Made by a program: the position numbers and the translations under genes
In this document: piece after piece, positions 57,458-64,000 of the stretch
Layout: every line of letters starts with the position of its first letter
Position numbering within the stretch: position 1 is the first letter of the stretch
Notes under the pieces: generated by a model
Seen by the model: only the letters and a program-made list of their open reading frames with translations
Databases searched by the model: none
Told to the model about the DNA's origin: nothing
Source of the DNA: Bryobacterales bacterium
GTDB lineage: Bacteria > Acidobacteriota > Terriglobia > Bryobacterales > UBA6623
Length of the DNA: 64,000 bases
Direction: 5' to 3'
Assembly: GCA_965238125.1 (NCBI GenBank)
Contig: OZ250179.1
Location: 506,981 to 570,980 of the forward strand

Positions 57458-58405
57458 ATGAAGACGAGGGTGCAGAGGTTCAACGAGCGGGTTCCATGGC
57501 CGCTGCGGCTGCTGTTGTTGTTGGTCGTCGGCTTTCTCTTGAAGGAAGTCCTGTTCTTTGCCTTATACGGAGGCTGGGCGGCTACGGCGAGACTCAGAGG
57601 CCGCGCAACCCTTTGTCCCTGGTCGCGAGTTGGCACGTACTACCTCGATCAATTGGCTTTCGATAAGCACTTTGAAGTCCATCGTGAATCGATTCAGATC
57701 GTCGAGTCGGACGAAAAGCTGGACATTCAACTGGTTTCGTCATCGGCGGGGTTTTTTTGGATGCGCCAAGGAGTTGGACTTTTGTACCTGCTGGCGGAGC
57801 AAGACTGGCTTGTGGAGGACAGTCCGAACCTGAGTGTTCGTCCCGGCGACATCGTTTTCGATTGCGAGGCGCATGTGGGCGTGTTTACCGCCAAAGCGCT
57901 GGCACTGGGCGCCGCGAAGGTCGTGGCGATCGAACCAAACCCCACGAACCTCGAGTGCCTGCGACGCAATTTCCCACGGGAGATCAAGTCGGGCCGAGTC
58001 GTTTTGGTTCCCGAAGCGGTCTGGAGCAGCGAAGGAACGGTTTCGCTGCACATGGGAGTATCGACAGCGCAGGACAGCCTGGTGCGCTCAGTCGGCGGGG
58101 AAACCATGGACATTCCCGCGACGACTATCGACCGCCTGGTGGAGCGGTTGGGTTTGGACAAAGTCGATTACATCAAAATGGATATCGAGGGCGCCGAAAG
58201 AGAGGCCCTGAAGGGTGCGTTGGAAACTCTCCGTCACCACCGCCCGCGATTGATGCTCGACAGCTACCATCGCAAGGATGATTCCACCGTGCTGCCGAAA
58301 ATCATTCGCGAGGCAAATGCGGACTACCAATTCACATGCGGCCCGTGCGAAGCCTTCTTGGACGATGGCAGCTACTTGGTCCCGCACGCGACTTTCTACG
58401 AATAA
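57458..58405 (+). CDS. FkbM-family methyltransferase
   Basis: 315 aa: ...DIVFDCEAHVGVFTAKALALGAAKVVAIEPNPTNLECLRRNF..., ...VDYIKMDIEGAEREALKGALETL. N-terminal TM helix. Confidence 0.8.
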   Translation: MKTRVQRFNERVPWPLRLLLLLVVGFLLKEVLFFALYGGWAATARLRGRATLCPWSRVGTYYLDQLAFDKHFEVHRESIQIVESDEKLDIQLVSSSAGFFWMRQGVGLLYLLAEQDWLVEDSPNLSVRPGDIVFDCEAHVGVFTAKALALGAAKVVAIEPNPTNLECLRRNFPREIKSGRVVLVPEAVWSSEGTVSLHMGVSTAQDSLVRSVGGETMDIPATTIDRLVERLGLDKVDYIKMDIEGAEREALKGALETLRHHRPRLMLDSYHRKDDSTVLPKIIREANADYQFTCGPCEAFLDDGSYLVPHATFYE

Positions 58406-58542
58406 GTGGAATCTCGGCTTACCCTGCCGCCCGAGCCTTCGGGGAGCGATACGAGTTTCTCGACAATTTCGTGTGAAATGGTCTGGCCGATCATGGACGC
58501 AAGATGCTCTACCGTGCGGGCGAGTAATGTCTAGATCTAGTT

Positions 58543-59779
58543 CTAGTATAGCGTTTCATTAAATTATACCCAACTCAGGCGCTTCCTCGAGCGCCTCGAA
58601 CTTGCTCCAGCGGTGGACCACCGGAGCGGCGTTGATTTCCGCGATCCCCAGCAGGATTCGTTCCCGAAGCTCCTCCCAGGACTCCACCCGGATGCGCTTC
58701 AAAAACGTCCGGGCCATCTTCCCAAACAGCGTCTCCACAATGTTCAGCCAGGACCCGTGGGTCGGCGTGTGCACATATTTGAAGCGGTTCGGCCGCGTCG
58801 CTAAATAGTCCTTCGTCTCCTTGGATATGTGAGCGGAATGATTGTCCAAGATCAATCGAATCGTGCATTCGGCCGGATAGAATTGGTCCAGATCCTTCAG
58901 CAGTGAGATGAATTCGCGGCTGCGGTGCCGCCGCTCGACCCGCGCCGTTACGCGGCCGTCGTGCAAGTCCAGCGCCGCCAGAATCGAGCAGGTTCCCAGA
59001 CGTTGGTATTCGTGATCCCGAGCCGTACAAGGATGCCGCCCAGGGACCGGCGGCAGGTCCGGGGCGGTGTTGGCGATCGCTTGCACACCGGGCTTTTCGT
59101 CCACCGAAACCGTGATCACGCCCGGCGAGGGGCCGCCCTCGCCCGAGCTTTCATTTTGCAAGGCCACCTCGCGGTAGACCAGCAGCACCTGCCGCATCTT
59201 GGACTCAAACTCCGGGTCGCGACGCTCCAGGTAGTATTTCACCTTCTCTGGATGCAGCGGCTGCCCCGCCAGAATCCGGTGGACGGTCGCCTTGGCCGCT
59301 TGCCCCAGGGCCGGATAGCCCGCCTCCACGGCATGCCGGCGCACGTGGAGAGCGAGCGCGCCGCGGGTCCACAACTCGGCGGCGTATCCCAGTTCCTTGG
59401 GTTTGCAACAGGCCAAATGCACCACCCAGGCCTTGGCCTCCTCGGAGATGCGGGGCTCGTAGGGACGATGATAGGCATCCTTGAGCGCTGCTTGCACTCC
59501 GATGGCGAGGGCTCGCTCGATCCATTTGGCAACGCTCTTGCGGGTCATCTTCACGGCCCGCATAATCTCGGCGATTGTCTCGCCGCCATGATAGCGCCAC
59601 AGAATCTCGGCGCGCCGCACCTCCCGAGCCGGAGCCTTGCGGGAACGCCGCAGCCGTTTCAGATGTTGCACCTCTTCGGTCGTGAGCAGCAGTGGGGGAC
59701 GCTTCGATTTTCCTGCCATGCGACCAGTCTAGCAGGAAACATTGTCCTATGGTTATGTTTTAATGAAACGTTATACTAG
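58543..59779 (-). mobile_element. IS630-family insertion sequence (about 1.24 kb), intact
   Basis: 21-bp terminal inverted repeats CTAGTATAGCGTTTCATTAAA (58543-58563) and TTTAATGAAACGTTATACTAG (59759-59779), one mismatch. TA is present at both junctions within CTAG/TA. Confidence 0.85.
58559..59719 (-). CDS. IS630-family DDE transposase (386 aa, single ORF)
   Basis: ...TVSVDEKPGVQA..., ...IRLILDNHSAHISKETK..., ...HTPTHGSWLNIVETLF (DDE triad), with N-terminal HTH regions. Confidence 0.9.
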   Translation of the reverse strand: MAGKSKRPPLLLTTEEVQHLKRLRRSRKAPAREVRRAEILWRYHGGETIAEIMRAVKMTRKSVAKWIERALAIGVQAALKDAYHRPYEPRISEEAKAWVVHLACCKPKELGYAAELWTRGALALHVRRHAVEAGYPALGQAAKATVHRILAGQPLHPEKVKYYLERRDPEFESKMRQVLLVYREVALQNESSGEGGPSPGVITVSVDEKPGVQAIANTAPDLPPVPGRHPCTARDHEYQRLGTCSILAALDLHDGRVTARVERRHRSREFISLLKDLDQFYPAECTIRLILDNHSAHISKETKDYLATRPNRFKYVHTPTHGSWLNIVETLFGKMARTFLKRIRVESWEELRERILLGIAEINAAPVVHRWSKFEALEEAPELGII

Positions 59780-59906
59780 TCTGCACTTTCGGGGGGCTCT
59801 TGGGCAACGCCGGAACGCCCCGCCGAGCTACGACAAGTCCGCTCGACATGGTGCCGGCCGGGACTCACGGCCCGGCCGGCATTGTTTTTTTGGCGGGGCC
59901 TGCCAC

Positions 59907-60881
59907 CTACCGGGCGGGGACGGTGCGGCGAGTCTCAACCGCTCGGAGGCGACGGAAATAACGTTGCGCCGACTCGACGTCGCGCAGAATTTGACGCCGC
60001 AGATCTTCCGCGGAATCAAAGCGCCTTTCATCGCGCAAGCGGTGCAAGAATGCCGGCTCAATACGCGACGGCGCACGGCCTTCGAGCGACTCGTCGAGCA
60101 GATACGTCTCGACGGTTTGCTCACGGCCGTTGAAGGTCGGCCGCGAGCCCACATTCGTTACCGACGGCCATTGTTTCCCGGTCTCGCGATCGCACGTCAG
60201 GGTGACGTAGACGCCCCGGGCCGGGCGCACGCCCGGTTCCGGGGCGAGGTTCAAAGTCGGAACCGTTTGGCGCGAGCCGATCCCGTGTCCGGGAACCACG
60301 TCGCCGACCAGGCTGAACGGGCGGCCCAGCAAGCGGCGTGCCTGCTCGACCTTGCCCGACCGTACCAGCTCGCGAACCCACGTGCTGCTCACCGCCCGGC
60401 CGCCGACCACGAGCGGTCGGACGCCGACCGTTTCGAAGCCGAGATCTTTTCCCAACTCCGTGAGCACGGCCAACGTGCCGGCCTGTTTGTGTCCGAATCG
60501 AAAATCCTCCCCGACAACGATCGAGCGGGCCCCAAGCTTTTCGACGAGTACTTGCCCAACAAATTCGGCCGGGGTTAGACAGGCAATCTCGGGGGTGAAA
60601 GGCAGCACGACGGCCGCATCCAGGCCGAGCTTCTCAAACTGCCGTACGCGCTCGGCCGGCGTCATGAGCAATTGGGGCGCGCGCTCGGGCGCGACGACCC
60701 TCGTCGGGTGCGGGTCAAACGTCAGCGCCACGGCCTCGCCGCCCACGCGGCGCGCCTCGTGCTTGGTGCGCTCGAGGATTTCCACGTGGCCGCGGTGGAG
60801 CCCGTCGAAGTTGCCGATCGTCGGCACCGTCGGCGCTTGACCGACGGGCACATCCTCCAAGTTCCAATAGACCTTGAACAT
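59907..60881 (-). CDS. ribF: Bifunctional riboflavin kinase / FMN adenylyltransferase
   Basis: 324 aa: TIGNFDGLHRGHVEIL..., ...FRFGHKQAG..., ...GDVVPGHGIGSRQTVPTLNL..., kinase-domain end as above. Confidence 0.9.
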   Translation of the reverse strand: MFKVYWNLEDVPVGQAPTVPTIGNFDGLHRGHVEILERTKHEARRVGGEAVALTFDPHPTRVVAPERAPQLLMTPAERVRQFEKLGLDAAVVLPFTPEIACLTPAEFVGQVLVEKLGARSIVVGEDFRFGHKQAGTLAVLTELGKDLGFETVGVRPLVVGGRAVSSTWVRELVRSGKVEQARRLLGRPFSLVGDVVPGHGIGSRQTVPTLNLAPEPGVRPARGVYVTLTCDRETGKQWPSVTNVGSRPTFNGREQTVETYLLDESLEGRAPSRIEPAFLHRLRDERRFDSAEDLRRQILRDVESAQRYFRRLRAVETRRTVPAR

Positions 60882-61687
60882 TACTCCCTTCCGGAAACCT
60901 CGATTTGGAGGCCGTCATGCGCCAGACGCACATGCGAAGGCAAACCGGCGTTGGTTTCCTCGTGCCCCAAATCGTGACAGATGTGCGTAAAAAAGGCTTT
61001 CTTGGGTCTTAGTTCCTCGACCCACGCCAACGCGCCGTCGACGGTCGTGTGCATCGGATGGGGTTCACGCCGCAGCGCATCGAGGAAGAGGACATCGAGA
61101 TCCCGCAATAGGGGAAGCGACGAGTCGGGGATGTCGCTGTGGTCGGTGAGATAGGCGGCGTCGCCGAATCGATAACCGACGATTTCGCGCGGGCCGTGTT
61201 GGATCGGAATCGGTTGGAAGGGCACACCGAATAGTTCGATCGCGGCGTTGTCGATCTCGTGCGCCGTCACGCGCGGTACTCCGCCTGGGTGGGTCGCCTC
61301 GCCCGCGAAGGCATAGGGAAAGACTCTTTTCAGCGCTTGCATTGTGTCGGCCCGCGCATAGACCGGGATGGGTTCCTTGCGGCCGTAGTTGAAAGGCCGG
61401 ATATCGTCGAGCCCCATGATGTGATCGGCATGAGCGTGGGTGTAGAGAATGGCATCCAAACCATTGAGCCCCGCGCTGAGGGCCTGTTGGCGGAGATCGG
61501 GCGTCGTGTCAATCAGAACCCGCCGACGAGTTTCTCCGGCCGAAAACGTCACCAAGATCGAGGGCCGCAGACGCTTGTCGCGAGGATCGTCGGAAAGGCA
61601 GACGCCGCAGGAACATCCCACTGTGGGAACGCCGACGCTGGTGCCCGATCCGAGCACGGTGATTTCGATCGACGGTTCGGCGGGCAT
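60881..61687 (-). CDS. MBL-fold metallo-hydrolase (PhnP-like)
   Basis: 268 aa: ITVLGSGTSVGVP..., ...LYTHAHADHIMGLDDIRPF. The stop overlaps the ribF start by 1 nt. Confidence 0.85.
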   Translation of the reverse strand: MPAEPSIEITVLGSGTSVGVPTVGCSCGVCLSDDPRDKRLRPSILVTFSAGETRRRVLIDTTPDLRQQALSAGLNGLDAILYTHAHADHIMGLDDIRPFNYGRKEPIPVYARADTMQALKRVFPYAFAGEATHPGGVPRVTAHEIDNAAIELFGVPFQPIPIQHGPREIVGYRFGDAAYLTDHSDIPDSSLPLLRDLDVLFLDALRREPHPMHTTVDGALAWVEELRPKKAFFTHICHDLGHEETNAGLPSHVRLAHDGLQIEVSGRE

Positions 61688-61741
61688 GAGTCGGATCGTT
61701 TTTCAAAGGCCGGGCCGAGGGGAGGCGACTGCGGCATTTCT

Positions 61742-62281
61742 CTATGACGAAGGGTTGCCGGCCGCCTTATTGATATCACCCACGGCCTGCACGTAGCGAA
61801 AACGCAATTCCGTCAGGGTGTTCTCCAGCAGACGCTGCTCCTCGAGCGACAGATTGCCCTTGGTCTTTTCCTGGAGCACGGCCAACAAATCAATCGTGTG
61901 CCGTGCGATGTCGAGGTTGGGAGGGCGCTCGGGGTTGGGCGCGCCCATGCCGAGTTCCATCTGCGCCTGCATGCCAAGCGAGAGGATCAGCATCTCGAAG
62001 CTTGCCGGAGGCAGCGGTCCCGGCCCCGGGGTCTCCGCTTCCGGGGCTTCGGAGGCGGAATCCGTCTCGGCGGAACTCGTCGGCTCGACCGGGTCATCCT
62101 CGGCGGGGGCAGCGGCGTGCGCCCCTTCCTCGTTGCCCGCCGGGTCTTCGGTCGGCGTGTCAGGCTCCGCAGAGGGTCCGATCGGGTCCCCCTCGGCGGT
62201 GAACCGCCGACGGTCTTTTACTTTAATCTCTGGAGCTTCGCCGTTTTCGGAGGATTCGGAATCGTTGGCCACGTCGTTCAT
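61742..62281 (-). CDS. DUF1844-domain protein
   Basis: 179 aa with an acidic N-terminal half, then ...PPASFEMLILSLGMQAQMELG...NLDIARHTIDLLAVLQEKTKGNLSLEEQRLLENTLTELRFRYV. Confidence 0.75.
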   Translation of the reverse strand: MNDVANDSESSENGEAPEIKVKDRRRFTAEGDPIGPSAEPDTPTEDPAGNEEGAHAAAPAEDDPVEPTSSAETDSASEAPEAETPGPGPLPPASFEMLILSLGMQAQMELGMGAPNPERPPNLDIARHTIDLLAVLQEKTKGNLSLEEQRLLENTLTELRFRYVQAVGDINKAAGNPSS

Positions 62282-62405
62282 TCTAACGCACTTCCTTGGG
62301 CGGAAGTCGCTGGCCGGCGGCGGCCTGCGCGACCGCCGCCGGGCCGCGCAAAGTGCCCGTCTCGGTCAAGGCGCCGTCGGAACGGTACGCAGTAAAGCCC
62401 GGGTG

Positions 62406-63968
62406 TCAGTCCTTGATCTGAACCATGCGATTAGCGACCAACTCGGCGTAGAAATCCTTGCCTTGATGGTCGATGATCGTGAAGGCCGGGAAGTCTTCCA
62501 CCTCGATCCACCAAATGGCTTCCATCCCCAGCTCGGCGTACTCGACCACCTCGACGTTCTTGATGCTGTGCTTGGCCAACCGCGCCGCGGGCCCGCCAAT
62601 TGAGCCGAGATAGAAGCCGCCGTGGCGGCCGCACGCCTCGGCGACCTCGGCGGAACGGTTGCCCTTGGCGAGCATCACCATACTGCCGCCGTGACTCTGA
62701 AACAGATCGACATAGGGGTCCATGCGCCCGGCCGTCGTCGGCCCGAATGAACCGGAAGCGTAGCCCTCGGGCCTTTTCGCCGGTCCGGCGTAGTAGACCG
62801 AGTGGTCCTTGAAATATTGCGGCAGGTCTTCGCCCGCGTCGAGACGTTCTTTCAATTTGGCGTGCGCAATGTCGCGCGCCACAATCAGCGGGCCACTCAG
62901 CGAGAGGCGGGTGGCGACAGGATGTTCTCTCAACTGCGCCAGGATTTCCGGCATCGGGCGGTTCAGGTCGATAGGCACGACTTCGCCGCCCAGCTCCTCA
63001 TGCGTCACGTCGGGCAAGAAGCGCGCCGGGTTGGTCTCCAACTGTTCAAGAAACAGCCCGTCGCGGGTAATCTTGCCGAGGATCTGCCGGTCCGCCGAGC
63101 AAGACACGCCCAACCCCACCGGACACGACGCCCCATGGCGCGGCAGGCGGATCACCCGCACATCGTGGGCGAAATACTTCCCCCCAAACTGCGCTCCAAT
63201 ACCGGTCGCGGCGGCAATCTCAAAGACCTTCTTTTCCATCTCGATATCGCGGAAGGCCCGGCCCAACTCGTTCCCCGTGGTCGGCAGGTCGTCGAGAGAG
63301 CGCGTGCTGGCGCGCTTCACGGTCTTGAGCGTCATCTCGGCTGAGGTCCCGCCGATGACCAGCGCCAGGTGATAGGGCGGGCAGGCGGAGGTGCCGATCG
63401 AGCGCAGCTGCTCGTCAAGAAAAGCGACAAGAGACTCGGGATTGAGAAGCGCCTTGGTCTGCTGATAGAGAAACGTCTTATTCGCCGAGCCGCCGCCTTT
63501 CGCAATGAAGAGAAAACGATATTCGTCGCCCGGCTTGGCGTAGATCTCGATCTGTGCCGGCAGATTAGTCCCCGTGTTCTTTTCGGTGTAGAGATCGAGC
63601 GGCGCGAGTTGAGAATATCGCAGGTTCCGCTCGGCGTAGGCCTGGTAGATGCCTTTGGAGAGAGCCTCGGCGTCGTCGCCTTCGGTGAATACCGCCTGGC
63701 CCTTATAGCCAATCGCGATCGCCGTCCCCGTATCCTGACAACCCGGAAGTACTCGCGCCGAGGCAATCGAAGCGTTTTTTAGAAGTTCGAGCGCCACGAA
63801 GCGGTCGTTCTCCGACGCCTCGGGATCGTCGAGAATCTTGCTGAGCTGAGAGAGGTGCCCGGCCCTCAGCAGGTGCGCCATGTCGTCCATGGCATCTTTG
63901 GCGAGGCGCGCTAAGCCTTCCGGCGCGACCTCGAGGATCTCACGGCCGTTCAGCTGCGTCGTCGTCAC
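62406..63968 (-). CDS. Class I (Fe-S type) fumarate hydratase, fused alpha/beta
   Basis: 520 aa: ...[17 protein letters not shown]..., ...[12 protein letters not shown]..., ...[16 protein letters not shown]..., ...[13 protein letters not shown]..., ...GKGNRS. Confidence 0.9.
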   Translation of the reverse strand: MTTTQLNGREILEVAPEGLARLAKDAMDDMAHLLRAGHLSQLSKILDDPEASENDRFVALELLKNASIASARVLPGCQDTGTAIAIGYKGQAVFTEGDDAEALSKGIYQAYAERNLRYSQLAPLDLYTEKNTGTNLPAQIEIYAKPGDEYRFLFIAKGGGSANKTFLYQQTKALLNPESLVAFLDEQLRSIGTSACPPYHLALVIGGTSAEMTLKTVKRASTRSLDDLPTTGNELGRAFRDIEMEKKVFEIAAATGIGAQFGGKYFAHDVRVIRLPRHGASCPVGLGVSCSADRQILGKITRDGLFLEQLETNPARFLPDVTHEELGGEVVPIDLNRPMPEILAQLREHPVATRLSLSGPLIVARDIAHAKLKERLDAGEDLPQYFKDHSVYYAGPAKRPEGYASGSFGPTTAGRMDPYVDLFQSHGGSMVMLAKGNRSAEVAEACGRHGGFYLGSIGGPAARLAKHSIKNVEVVEYAELGMEAIWWIEVEDFPAFTIIDHQGKDFYAELVANRMVQIKD

Positions 63969-64000
63969 ATGTTCAGAAGTGAGATGGCGATATTCGGTCT

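Overview
High-GC (~60-65%) bacterial chromosome segment. The TIGR03437-type C-terminal domain and the HTH-plus-TolB-propeller architecture suggest Acidobacteriota, but this is tentative. Housekeeping genes present: rpoD, nrdR, trkA/trkH, tkt, pta, ribF, a class I fumarate hydratase, SDRs and an aldo/keto reductase. Two insertion-sequence-rich accessory stretches interrupt them (about 13.3-16.9 kb and 26.4-43.2 kb). I count six near-full-length copies of one IS1380-family element in two subtypes plus one short remnant, two IS630-family elements, one IS1182-family element nested inside an IS1380 copy, and one frameshifted, truncated ISNCY-like element. Main results: (1) a six-haem cytochrome c gene is split by a 9.6-kb insertion with a precise, in-frame 5-bp duplication, one IS1380 left end and one non-canonical end. 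This is the pattern of ISEcp1-like one-ended transposition. (2) Its cargo includes a Cas3-like (type I-G/I-U-like) helicase pseudogene cut by an IS630 and an IS1380, both with clean target duplications, with no CRISPR array or other cas genes in view. (3) A secreted-enzyme cluster pairs a cytochrome c-fused PHM/DBH-like copper monooxygenase with a PAL-like NHL propeller and an M28 peptidase, which may be a bacterial peptide-amidation-type pathway. (4) Two tandem TIR-only proteins sit between tkt and pta. (5) About seven single-base frameshifts occur in conserved genes, three of the mapped ones in short C/G runs. These are either assembly errors or real decay. No rRNA, tRNA or CRISPR array was recognised by eye. 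All family assignments come from motif recognition, not from searches.
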